A DNA stretch of 63,890 nucleotides, counting the filler, from Salisapilia sapeloensis CBS 127946 (taxonomy: Eukaryota; Protista; Oomycota): assembly GCA_023334545.1 (NCBI GenBank). It is 9 parts of 9 records of this genome, joined end to end, with 100 filler letters (N's around TTAATTAATTAA, not from the genome) between each part and the next. Parts side by side here need not be neighbours in the genome. Positions count along the whole stretch, not along the records: positions 51,508 to 54,112 come from JAADVB010000873.1; positions 54,213 to 56,033 come from JAADVB010001034.1; positions 56,134 to 62,711 come from JAADVB010000552.1; positions 62,812 to 63,890 come from JAADVB010001320.1; 5 more parts are not named here. The stretch is one strand, 5' to 3'. Every line of letters begins with the position of its first letter. The first letter of the stretch is position 1. The notes under the pieces are model-generated. The model was not told the DNA's origin, did no database searches, and worked only from the letters and a program-made list of their open reading frames with translations. Shown piece after piece: positions 51,573 to 62,812 of the stretch. Position numbers and translations under genes: made by a program.

Positions 51573-53066
51573 TCAGCGGTGCAGCACGTAGGGCCCCGTC
51601 GTCTCGAGGTGCGTCGGCATCGGACCGTTGCCGTTGATCCAGTTCTCGTACGCCTCGTCCACGTCGTCCCCTCCGTCGCCTCCGTCGCCTAGAGCTTGGT
51701 ACCGGCCGGCGTGGCCCATCTCACGCTGCAGCACCCGCTCGTAGACGACGACGGCCATGACGACGCCGACGAAGAGGAAGAGGCAGAGGAGGATCTGGTG
51801 GACCCACATGGAGAAGAGGCCCAGGACGCCGTACTCGCAGTAGGAGCGGACTGCATGTGCGTAGTCTCTCGAGACCGTCGTGCAATCCTGACTGGTCTTG
51901 AGGTCCGACAGCAAGACGTCGATGGAGCGGATGTGCTTGTCGATGGGGTCCAGAAACGCCTTCTGCATCTTCTGCCCCATCTCCCCATGCGTCTTGGCGA
52001 AAGTCTCCAGCTGTCCCTCCAGCCTCTCCATCTCCCTCACGTCCTCCTCCACGCTTTCCCAGCTGCTGTCGAAAGGCAGACTGGCGTCGGGAGGACACTC
52101 GAGGTAGTACTCGAGCGCAGGCGTAGAGTCCACCAGCGTCCACGTGCTGTTCACAGGCGCGGCGCAAAAGTCGGACGTGAGGATCGTACTGGACAGATAG
52201 ACGCCGATGAGCGTATGGGAGATAGGGACGACGCTGAGCAGCACGAGGATGGAGACACGCAGCGGCAGGACGAGCGCCCAGCCGATGGCCGCCATCGACA
52301 GGAGACTCGCGAGCGCCACCGACAGGATCGCCACGTTCGTCGTGGACTTGAGTACAAAGTAAGAGAACTCCCAGCTCTGCGCCTGGTCCAGGAGGTCCGT
52401 CGGGAGCTCCGTGGAGGTGGCGTTCTGCAGGAGCTTGGTCGAGTGCTGCAGCTTGAGCGACTCGATCGACAGGCGGAAGGCTTCCTCTGGCAGATCTCTC
52501 TCGTCGAACGACACCACCAGTCGGTCCGCGGTCTCTCGGATGGCGACGCTGGCGTCCACCCCGTCGGACGAGAGGCTCCGGATGTGGGCGAACAGGTCGC
52601 TCGTGTTGGCCACGCTGTCCTGGACGACGCCGGCCGCGTAGTCCACCTTGGCCTCTCCCAGCAGTCCGCTCAGAGACGCAAAGGCGATGGCCGTCAGCAG
52701 GATGACAGCAGACACCTCGGCCGAATGCGGCTGGACGATCCACCGTCGGGAGTAGGCTGTCAGAATAGGAAGAATGAGTCTCTGCTAGTGGGATATAGGA
52801 CAAGACGAGCTACCACTGGGGACGTGCAAAAAGGCCCGACGGACCACCACGAGACACAGGCCAAGGAAGACGAGGCCTCCGACCACGAGCGACCCCAAGA
52901 GCAGGTTCTGGAGGAACTGCGTGTACTTTGGGTCGTCCAGGTCAAAGGTGTTGGAGGCGCCTCCGAAGCGGTAGAAGTTGTGGAAGAAGGACGAGACGAA
53001 GCGAGAGACCTCGTAGTCATAGTCCGGCGGCAGGAGGACGCGCGAGTGGTTCGCCAAGCTCTCCAT
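51573..53066 (-). CDS. Tweety (TTYH)-like multi-pass membrane protein; exons ~53066-52814 and 52756-51573, ~478 aa
   Basis: FDLDDPKYTQFL followed by TM1; DFCAAP...LEYYLECP...LPF; DCTTVSRDYAHAVRSYCEYGVLGL; five hydrophobic segments. These parallel the Tweety motifs (F.P.D..Y...L; DFC..P..YY..C...NPF; DC.....DY..A....C..G..GL). A ~57-nt intron joins the two ORFs, with the donor uncertain by 3 nt. Confidence 0.75.
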
Positions 53067-53205
53067 GTCTTCTGGAGCTCTTCCGAGAGAAGCAGAAGAA
53101 AATCTGATCCTGTGATTGGGTATATTTATATTTTAGTGACTCTGATTGGACAAAACCATGCAAAAGATCCTGGACAGACGTACGATCTGATACGAAAATG
53201 ACACG

Positions 53206-54039
53206 CTACGGGCGGAAGCGGTCTCGGAAGGCAGCAAAGCCCCGGATGTCGTAGAACGTCCGCCCAGCTAACTCTTCCTCTGCACCCTCCAACGCCCCAT
53301 AGATCCACGCCAGCGTCTCCGTCGACAGCTCCACGTTGCACCAGAGCGTCAGGCCATGCGAACGAGAAGCGTCCAGGAGCTGTCGGAGTGCAGGCCATGA
53401 GGACCGGACGTTGGCTGCACACACGGGGAACGTCACGCAGTACTCGGAATAAGGCTCTAATACACGCAGCATCTCCTCCACCATGTCTTTTGTATACGCC
53501 ATCGCTGGTGTCGTCTGAACCTCCGGAGCCACTGCCCAGCCGACGGACAGCACCACCTTCTTCTGGTCTGCTAGTGGCAAGTCTTTCGCTAGAGCATGAG
53601 CTCTCTCCAGAAACCTCGGGGCGTCAAACTGTAGTCTCCCTCTTCCTCCCGGCCCCTCCAGAATGTCAGCGTTGATGAAGACGCCTCGAGCGAGTGGGAA
53701 CCTCTGGACGAACGACCGAACGTCTTCGTGTCCACTCTCAAACGCCTCCATCGTCTTAAAGTCTAGTTTTACAATGAACGGAGCGTACCCACTCCCACTA
53801 GTACTACCGTCCTCCCACTTGGCCGCCAGCGCCTGCATTTCGTCTAGAAACTGCGTCAGAGGGAGATCGCCATCACGCATCGGCGGATGGCCCATCACAG
53901 CCACCTCCTGCGTCTCCGAGTAGATCACGTCTGCCTCAACTGCATTCATACCGCCACTCTCCACCAGACGCTTGGCCTCTGCCAGCTCCTCGCAAGAGTT
54001 GACGGCATGCCCCCACCGGTACTCGCTCACTCGCATCAC
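53206..54039 (-). CDS. FAM151/menorin-like protein (DUF2181, PLC-like phosphodiesterase fold), 277 aa
   Basis: WGHAVNS, VEADVI, VMGHPP...D..L..FL, VKLDFK, INADILEGP and LSVGW occur in the order seen in FAM151 proteins. Confidence 0.82.
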   Translation of the reverse strand: MMRVSEYRWGHAVNSCEELAEAKRLVESGGMNAVEADVIYSETQEVAVMGHPPMRDGDLPLTQFLDEMQALAAKWEDGSTSGSGYAPFIVKLDFKTMEAFESGHEDVRSFVQRFPLARGVFINADILEGPGGRGRLQFDAPRFLERAHALAKDLPLADQKKVVLSVGWAVAPEVQTTPAMAYTKDMVEEMLRVLEPYSEYCVTFPVCAANVRSSWPALRQLLDASRSHGLTLWCNVELSTETLAWIYGALEGAEEELAGRTFYDIRGFAAFRDRFRP

Positions 54040-54112
54040 GTCTGAGATGCTTTATGGACGTATATGACTGGACAAAAGTCTCCTATAAGCCTTTTCATTG
54101 GCTTAAATTCAA

Positions 54113-54212
54113 NNNNNNNNNNNNNNNNNNNNNNNNNNNNNNNNNNNNNNNNNNNNTTAATTAATTAANNNNNNNNNNNNNNNNNNNNNNNNNNNNNNNN
54201 NNNNNNNNNNNN
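54113..54212. other. Artificial contig spacer 6
   Basis: 44 N + TTAATTAATTAA + 44 N. Confidence 0.98.
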
Positions 54213-54532
54213 AGGTCACTGTACTTTGGTACTAGTCCACAATCCCAGAGGAAGGCATGCTGCAAGTGCGGAGGAAGGTCGTCAAACTCGAGCGAATGAT
54301 TTTTTAGCCGCTTTGTAGCGTGCTCTGCAAGTTTAATTTCCTTAAAGTACGGTTGGCTGACATCTTTGCCGTCTAGGTAGAGATTATAGAAATGCTGGGC
54401 GAAGTCCGATGAGGTGCCATTGAAAGAGAAACCTTCATCGACCGGAATATCAATGGCTTTCGCTTCTTGGAAAGAAGTAATAATGAGAGAGATTGGAATG
54501 AGAATGAATGCGACTAGATGCACCATCAGCAT
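54213..54532 (-). CDS. N-terminus of a secreted or receptor protein resembling the oomycete TKL receptor-like kinase ectodomain (truncated by gap)
   Basis: Signal peptide, then FSFNGTSSDFAQHFY...RLKNHSLEFDDLPPHLQHAFLWDCGLV, resembling the F.F.G....A..LY / L.F..LP..LQ.ALLWD.G pattern of oomycete TKL ectodomains. The kinase domain is not in view. Confidence 0.6.
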
Positions 54533-55653
54533 TATCTCCTCTTAACGCTTCTAGAGTATCTGTCGGTCAGGTAGGAAGAGTGCCCGTGTTACGGGAGTCC
54601 TGTTTTCCGTGCTGTGCTTACACGTGCAGTAGGGGAAGCTTGATAAAGCTAGAAGTGATGTTTATTTGATACTTAGACTTTTCCTACTTGCACATCCTTG
54701 AACTAAAAGTACCTCGCATATGCTAAGGAGGAACAGGCAGATCATCTAATCATCTCTACCGAACAAGTACGAAAACAAAATAGCAAAACAAAGCCAAAGT
54801 TGCTAACTACAGTATCAGACGGAGCGCCCGTTACACAAATAGATTAATTACTTAAGTATAAACTTCAACATAGCTTCAAAATGAAGCCACTCCTGACCAA
54901 TCTGTTGGGTCCTACCGCATCTAAGCCTATCATTGCGGGTCGAATACGCTAATTGAAGCTGAAAAACCGGTGGATTCGTCCAATATCGATCGATTTCAGC
55001 ATTTCTCAATCACCCAGCTTGTGCCTGCAGGAACAAACCTAGACGATTGATACGGATTGAAACATTCCCTATCTATGTGATATGTGTACTAATAAACCCA
55101 AAAAGCAATTGGGATAGTTACATACCACGGACTATCTCTCTAGAGACCATACCAAACAAGTGACTCTGTAGGGTTCAAAACCACTTAACTTCAACATAAC
55201 TTCAAGATAGCTAAAAGGAGTGGGTCCTACCCCACTAAACCGACCACGGCGCATCGAATGATACCCATCTTATTCTCATCGCGTTTCTATAAGCATGTCT
55301 TCGATCGACTTTTCACAAAAATGCTCATTTTTGGCTCTTAGCCGACCTGTACCTCCATCAGATCAACGTCTCGGAGTCTGGATTCTTGTCGTCACGGATA
55401 AATTTTTGTCTTCTTTCGGTCAAACGTGAATCCAAACTCAAAAGCCTACTAGTTTATCACCAGACCGCTTATAAAATCAGTGTATTTTTATGAGGCTGTC
55501 TAGGACCTCGAAGGTCCATTCCGTAGTACTAATAGCTTCTTTTACGGGGTAATTGATGTCTTGTGCTTTACTTGCAGCCTCCGATTCACCAATCCGGAGA
55601 AGACATACGAAAAAATAAATGTGAACGGTTATACTTGGCGGGTAGTGTAACTA

Positions 55654-56033
55654 TTAATTCTTTTTTTCTCCTATCCATCCTACACCCGTCGAATCATCCT
55701 GCCGGAGTCTCAGCTCAGTCATCTTCAGCCATGCTAGCTGCCGATCGCGCTCCTGCTCTTTTAGATCAAGTTCCACCGAGCCACTTCTCCATACCTGTTC
55801 AATAATCATATCCCATTCCTCTGAATCTGTTGAAGCACCTCGCATAATCGAGCCTTCATCCGAGGATTGCCTTCTTGATTCGACGACAGGATCTTTAGCA
55901 ACTGCGCTAGACGATGTGAACTGTGCAAAGGCGCTCAGCGAACCTTCAGTTGAAGGACTTACTTGATCCGCGCCAAACTCATAGATTTCACCAGAGCATG
56001 ATTCCTTGCCTGACCAAACACCCGATTCTTCCG
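55654..56033 (-). CDS. 3' end of a START-like/FYVE family paralog (open frame to TAA)
   Basis: EESGVWSGKESCSGEIYEFGADQVSPSTEGSLSAFAQF...EEWDMIIEQVWRSGSVELDLKEQERDRQLAWLKMTELRLRQDD...KKN*. Confidence 0.7.
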
Positions 56034-56133
56034 NNNNNNNNNNNNNNNNNNNNNNNNNNNNNNNNNNNNNNNNNNNNTTAATTAATTAANNNNNNNNNNN
56101 NNNNNNNNNNNNNNNNNNNNNNNNNNNNNNNNN
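56034..56133. other. Artificial contig spacer 7
   Basis: 44 N + TTAATTAATTAA + 44 N. Confidence 0.98.
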
Positions 56134-56433
56134 GGTGAATTGCTTCGTTTGCTTCGAGTGCAGGCAAAGTGAGAGAGCCTGCATGTCCCGAATGGACTGG
56201 TGCATTGCCATGCGATGCAAAGGATGACTAGCTAGCGTCAGTGCCTGCTTCTTTGGACTGAGCTTGTAGCGGTCAACTACAATGGACACCACCACTTGGA
56301 AGTTCTCCGAGTCTAGCGCCTGGTCCAGTGAATTAGCACTCTCCATTACTAGAGAAGAAGTCATTTTATATAGGTGCTATCACGAATAGCCTTCCAGTCT
56401 AGTAAGCACAGTTCGACCCTGGCTGCGGATACC
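56134..56433 (-). repeat. Left arm of a 300-bp inverted repeat bounding this contig
   Basis: Reverse complement of 62412-62711, with 4 mismatches found by eye. Confidence 0.93.
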
Positions 56434-56986
56434 GCTCTCTATAACCCGCTATGCGAATCGATTGCAATTTTGTCTTTACGTTTCTTATGCAGTGCAGCCA
56501 TATTTTGTGCCCTCAATGGTTTCCGCACGTCATTAACACAAGGTATATTTGCTACGACTGAAGCTAGACGTGTATTCATACCATGAAGATATTTTCACTT
56601 TCTGACGCAAGCTTATTCAGGTGTTCACACTTGTGGGTTAATCCGCTATGATACACTATTTTCCCCGATTGATAAAGGTAGTGCATGTTTCTACGAAGAA
56701 TGAACTACTCTTCCGTGTTCCATTGGTATGGAATAAGACTGCCAATGCATCCTAATCTTAAAACTTGAAGTAGTTGATCGTGGGAAACATGCTCGCCAAT
56801 CTTTCAGTAACTATTGGCATAAACTGAGGCAAGACAATTCTCTAAGTACAATAGTTCCTTCCTTATCAAAAAGCAAACCTATAACATTGAATTCAGATTG
56901 TAATTTCCTAGTAGCGATCCGAGAATAGATGTAGTTTGGATAAAATGATGCTTAGGCATCGCAAGACACTCAAGGAGTTCTACTTT

Positions 56987-58842
56987 CTACTTGGTTTCAA
57001 ATTTCTCTTCCTCAACGGCATTTTGAGCACCAGCGGCAATGCGTTTCTCCGTCATCTTCACCCAAGCCTTCTGACGCTTGCTGTCGTTCAACAACGCCCT
57101 TAGCTCCGCTTCCGCAACATCTGACTTATTCGCCTCTGCAACCGCCTTGTCCCACTCAGCGTCGTCTTCAAAGTCCATGTTTGCAGATCGGCCGTTGTAG
57201 CTTCGGCTACTCATCGACGAGCTGGGCGTAGCAAGGTTCACAAAGCTACCCATCGGTGTCGACGCTACCGAACTCATCGACATCCTGCCTAGGTCGATAA
57301 ACTCACCTTCGCATAAGCTATTGTCAGTCAAACTGGCTGACATCTCGTCGGCCGATCGGATGCGTGACGAGTAAATGAGTGTCGTCCCTTGCTTGTTTTC
57401 ATACCTCCCAGCCAACACTTCTTGTCTCGCAATTCGAAACGTGCTTTCCTGTGTAACTCGAGTCATACATCGACGGCACAGCTTTATCTGCTTCCGCACA
57501 GCTCTCAGTCGAGGTACAATATCGATGCTTCGGCGGTCAACTCCGCAACTTGCACATAAAGCGACGCGGCACAACTGGCATGAGTAGCGCTTCCGCAAAG
57601 GAGTAAACCGCTTGCTACATTCGGTGCACACAGTCGAGCGACGAATGTCCTCCATCACGATTGAGTTGTTGTACTCGTACTCTCGTTGCGACTGCAATAG
57701 CCACGAGAGTTTCCGATGATAAGCCACTTCTGAGGCTGTGTGACTTAAGCACAGTCCATTCGCCGTGACTGGTCATGCCAAGAACTTATCAATAAGAGGA
57801 TAGAAGACGATACGAAAAGTGGATACCTTTGGTAGCGACTGAATCCATTACACGGCCAAAGGCTTCGAAGTACCCCTTGATGTAGACGTCCACCGTGCCG
57901 TTCGAGACCTCTCTGAATATTGTCGATTGTGACATCCGACCCCGGACGATACCCGTAGCATTCTGCTGAGATGGCGCATCCGGCAAGTCCAGACTGTGGA
58001 GCAAGTGGTACCCGATGCGTTCATTCTCACCTCTCTTGATAATCCCCGTTGCGGTGATAACCGTCAAATCACGCTTCTTGACGATGTTTCGGACAGCAGC
58101 TGGTAGCAATGGAGCATTGACTGTCAGCTGAATGCTCAGGCTGCGGTACGGCTGGCTCGGCGTAGGCTTTTCGATCAATGAAAGAATCTGCGCGTCGACC
58201 ACGGAAATCGATGCGAAAGCTGTGATCTGCATCAACTGGGCCTCATCGGGTGCCACCATTCCGTACATGACATCGTCGAGTGTACCCGGAATCGCTCCCG
58301 TGCCCACGAGCAACCGAGGTGCCTGCCACTCGTTCTCGCTACTGTCACTAGCTGAGTTACTTCTCGAGTTCGTTCCTGAGCCGCGTGAACTAGTATTGTG
58401 GCCAGATTTTTCAGCCGTTGAGCTTGAGCGCTCCGTGTAGATAGTAAGTGCGTCTCGGGTGCGCACAGGTTTCCAATGCTTTCGGTCTAAGGCTCGAGGG
58501 ACAGAACGATTGAACTAGTGACACAAGAGAAAAAGCATGAGTATCTTGCCGTATGAATGGAAGTAAAAGGTGAGGTGGTGATCCGAACGGGACTTTTGTT
58601 TGGTTTTATATGCCCGAAGAGATGCACTAGACCAAGTCGTCACATCTGACACGGTGATCGTGCAATCAATCGATACATGGCTTTGGATGGACACGATAAA
58701 TAAAGAATTGAAAATTTACCTCGTCGTAGTCGACGAGCGTATCTTGGACGAGTCCAAGTGCGATGCGCTTGACATCGACCTTTTGCTCCTCTGTGAGGTC
58801 AATCGGGTCGAACGTGTTCGCCTTGTACTGATCGGATGACAT
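56987..58842 (-). CDS. Intact START-like + FYVE-type zinc-finger protein; join(58842..58720, 58514..57827, 57768..56987), 530 aa
   Basis: Two GT-AG introns (58515-58719, 205 nt; 57769-57826, 58 nt) fuse three ORF-track pieces in frame. The joins match the intron-less paralog. CTECSKRF...YSCQLC..ALCASC...LCRRC gives 8 Zn ligands. Confidence 0.85.
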
Positions 58843-60289
58843 CGTTTTCGGCTCAAGCAGAAGTTTGTGATCTGTAGAAGTTCTCACGTTCCTGTTAAAG
58901 TAAACAAGCGTACAATTGGGAATGCGCACGCGTTGTCAGATTGAACTGAGGTGGCGCTGTGATGAGCATTCGATTGGATCAAGGCATCCTCTGTGTTACC
59001 GCCTGAAAGACTTCTCTCTTTATCACTCATGTCCGAGGTATCTAGTGCAATACTAGCTATACGTAGCATCCATTGCTGACACTGAGGCTGTCCGTGGGTA
59101 TCAATGTACGAAAACACCCGTACGAGACGGTAGACTCGGACCAATCCAAAGCGCCAAGTTTCTGTACAAGGTTATCAGCGCTTTCACCACCTGTCTCCTC
59201 GGCAGAATAATTGGCAAGTGCGAGCATCTAAACGAACTTTAGGCATGATGTGAGTACGCGCACAAATCCATGAGCAATGAGCATGTATTGCTAGATTAGT
59301 CCAAGTTCATGGCAGTACATGGCAAAGCAGGCGTACAGAATGGTCGTCGAGCTCGATTACCGGTAATGTGGCCCTTTCGGATAGAACAAACGATACATAT
59401 CCTCGTACCCACAGCCCTTGACGTGAGCTGAAGTGAGTCTGAGTTCGTGCGAGTGGATCGGGAAGCGACTTGAGGATTTAGATGATATGATTTGTCAATC
59501 TCTGAACAGCAAGAAGCGATGAGAACAGCGTCTTATCAATTTGCACAGTCCGATATTCTATCTTTCTGCTCTATGAACACAAACGAGGCTATTTCCAGGA
59601 ATATTAGAACGTGACGCTCCTTAATGCACCAATGCCAGTTGCTAGCGAAAGATATTTGTAAGTGGAAACAGACAACAACTGCTGCATAAGAATGAACTCC
59701 CGAATATTAGACGCCTCTGTTGTTCACGCCGTCCTATCTATTAAGCACTGTCCATTTTTACAGGATGGCTCACCTCTGCTTGACCACTGAGAATATGAGT
59801 TTGATCGTCTGCAGCCACGCAACAGCTCTGAATGTTAACACAGGAATGGACCCTAGCTTTACCCTCGTGCTTCGTTTACAGTACAAGCCCACTTCACGTG
59901 TTAATCTCGCCTTTGCTAAGTTTTGCAAGATCCCAGCTGGAATCTTATTCTAGGATACATTTGCATTCGATAATCCATTTCCTGACGTGGAAACGAAGTT
60001 ATATTGGGCTCACTGGAGATCGATAAGTCAAGAGATAGCGAGCATGTCGGTGTCGATGGAACCAATCGATAATTGGGAAAATAGAAGCATCCCACCCTAT
60101 CCGAAAAGTATTGTCACGTGGTGATAGCAGCCGCCGGTGGAAATGGCTCGGAAGAAGAAGACGACGTACACCAAATTCGTGAGTGCAAGTATACTAACAA
60201 GCTTTACAGATGTAGGAATAACGATGGAGGTATTTATGAGAACCTACTGCGAATGGACACAAATGTCTCTCATCCCATTTTCGCTACAA

Positions 60290-61830
60290 CTGAAGCATCA
60301 CTTCTCTCTTTCTTAGATCCGCCAGCTCTCTAGTCATCCTGCCGAAGTCGCTGCTCAATCATCTTTAGCCATGCTAATTGCCGACCATGCTCTTTATCGT
60401 TCAGATCAAGTTCGGCAATGCTACCTCTCCATAAATTTTCGATCAGGATCTCCAACTCCGCTTCTCCGTTTCCAGCGTCTCCTTCGGTAGAGCCTTTATC
60501 CAAAAACCTACTCTCGGACTCAATATCCTGGGCAGTATTAGTGGACGATGTTAACTATCAAAAGTGTTTAAAAAGCCTTCGATCGAAGGACTGAGTTGGT
60601 CCGAGTCAAACTCGTACACTTCGCCAGCACACGATTCGTTGCCTGACAAGTCGCTGAGAGATCGTGGACGGCTCGACGATGGTGGAGCCAGTGCCTTCTT
60701 TCTCATATCTTCCAGCGAGGATTTCTTGTCGCGCAACTTTGTAAGAATAGACCTGACTAACAAATTCGTCACAAGTGGTGCAGAGGCTCACCTTCTTGGC
60801 CTTAATCTTAGATTCGGGGATGACATCGATTAACTCCATAGTGACGATGCATTTACCACAAGAGGATAACTCATACAAGGTGCACGGATAAGCTTTACGT
60901 AGGGCACTAAATTGCTTTTTGCATGATCGACATTGGGACTCGTATCTAGCTTCTTGTTTATCAATAAAGCGCATGACATCGTCCTTGTTGATATTTTTTT
61001 CTCTCAAGAAGTCATGAAAGCTTATTAAGTTTTGCACACTGACTGGATGCTCAAGTATCCATGAGTGAACTTACTATAGTGACGGCAGCGATAGAGTCAA
61101 GGGTGTTACTCCCCATGGCCTCATAATACGCTTTCATGAAGACTTCGGGCGATTGGTTTGTGACCGGCTTAAAGAGAGTACAAGTTGAAAGACGTCCTCT
61201 TATATTTCCTCGACTTTTAAGCAGAGGAGTGGTCGATAAGTCGATGGAGTGCATGAGGTTGTACCCGATGCATTCATCTTTATTGACTTGGAGAATTCCA
61301 GTCGCTCGAATATAAACGGCATCTCGGTCTTTCTCAATTCCTCGCAGTATGGGACTTGGACTACCGGTATGCCATTGGAGGAACGTGCAACGGTAAGGAT
61401 GCTCTAGAGTTGGCTTCTCGATTGTCGATAAAACCTGGCAGTTCGTCAATGGTGCCTTGAAGTAGCTCATTCCTTGCAAGGTCGCTGCCGTGTCACCGTA
61501 TGCAAGGCCATATAGGAGATCGTGGAAACTGTTTGAGACCGTTCCATTGCCCACAATCACACGCGGTATTTGCCAACCAGCATTGTCAGCGTCTGGATCT
61601 TTCATCACGCGCCGAGATGGGTTTCGCTCACGGTACATGATCACATTATCCGATGACTTGACGGGCTTCCAAAGTTTGCCGTCCATGTTCCGAGGTACGA
61701 ATTGGTCAAACTTTTGGTAGTGTCGAAGTGCCTCGTGCACGAGTATCATCGCAATTTGCTTGCAATCAATCTTCTTCTCATCCGAGAGGGAGATGCCTTC
61801 ATACGCGTTTGCAGTCCACTGCGTCTGCAT
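60290..61830 (-). pseudogene. Intron-less START-like/FYVE paralog: open START-like part (61830-61051), then stops and frameshifts through FYVE and C-terminus
   Basis: MQTQWTANAYEG...IVSSLMDT*ASSQCAKLNKLS*LL, a frameshift in an A-run near 61000, then QCRSCKKQF..YPCTLYELSSCGKC (one Cys replaced by Tyr) and further shifts near 60650 and 60550. Confidence 0.8.
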
Positions 61831-62411
61831 TAGTTTAAAGTTATTATCAGCGTGCTGACCTGGAAATGACACGAAGACACAGTGCCAATCCTGTTGATAG
61901 AGACGAAATGCTGGGAATTGCTGCTGACATGCTTTACCTAGCACTCTCTGTCGATTTCAGTTTTTCTTGTGATCGGCATTGTGACATATCTGACAGAAAA
62001 GAGAGCGACGCAATTGGACATTTGGAAGTGCATGGCCATCCGCATTCAGTCTTGTGATCTATCTGCTTTCGCAGCGTCTCATCAACTTTAATCGACAAAT
62101 GCAGAGACATTTGTGTACAGCTTACAGGCATCGGATACACATCGTAAGCGAACACGATTGCAGTGCATTAACCATTCTTCCTTTGGATACTTTTTGTAGC
62201 TGCTGGCACTTATGTAGCCTCCGAGGTAATAAGGTCGAGTCTCATCCTCCAGGACCCGCCTGATAATGATATCAGCGATTCTATCCGACTGCCTAAGGCA
62301 AATCCTCCACGTGAATAGGTTGCTAATTCTATTATCCAGTCATAGCGTTGGCAGAAAAATGCAGCGGCGGAGGCACACCCATAGTACGAGGACAAAGCAG
62401 AAGTATCAAGT

Positions 62412-62711
62412 GGTATCCGCAGCCAGGGTCGAACTGTGCTTACTAGACTGGAAGGCTATTCGTGATACCAGCTATATAAAATGACTTCTTCTCTAGTAAT
62501 GGAGAGTGCTAATTCACTGGACCAGACGCTAGACTCGGAGAACTTCCAAGTGGTGGTGTCCATTGTAGTAGACCGCTACAAGCTCAGTCCAAAGAAGCAG
62601 GCACTGACGCTAGCTAGTCATCCTTTGCATCGCATGGCAATGCACCAGTCCATTCGGGACATGCAGGCTCTCTCACTTTGCCTGCACTCGAAGCAAACGA
62701 AGCAATTCACC
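62412..62711 (+). repeat. Right arm of the 300-bp inverted repeat
   Basis: Reverse complement of 56134-56433; both arms stop at the same base at the contig edges. Confidence 0.93.
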
Positions 62712-62811
62712 NNNNNNNNNNNNNNNNNNNNNNNNNNNNNNNNNNNNNNNNNNNNTTAATTAATTAANNNNNNNNNNNNNNNNNNNNNNNNNNNNNNNNN
62801 NNNNNNNNNNN
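62712..62811. other. Artificial contig spacer 8
   Basis: 44 N + TTAATTAATTAA + 44 N. Confidence 0.98.
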
Positions 62812-62812
62812 C

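Noticed and set aside
51696-53201. 501-aa plus-strand and 360-aa minus-strand ORFs overlapping the Tweety-like gene
   Set aside because: Expected shadow ORFs in high-GC3 coding DNA, with low-complexity Arg/Ala/Gly composition.
54860-55260. Two loosely similar blocks (AACTTCAACATA..TTCAA...GGGTCCTACC) about 320 bp apart
   Set aside because: Similarity is too patchy to define a repeat without an alignment tool.
58515-58719. Unusually long (205-nt) intron as a host for a snoRNA
   Set aside because: No convincing C/D or H/ACA box arrangement or terminal stem seen by eye.
61026-61053. TGA at apparent Trp positions as a sign of an alternative genetic code
   Set aside because: Intact genes in the window use TGG for Trp, the Tweety-like gene appears to end in TGA, and the same region also has frameshifts, so decay is the simpler explanation.
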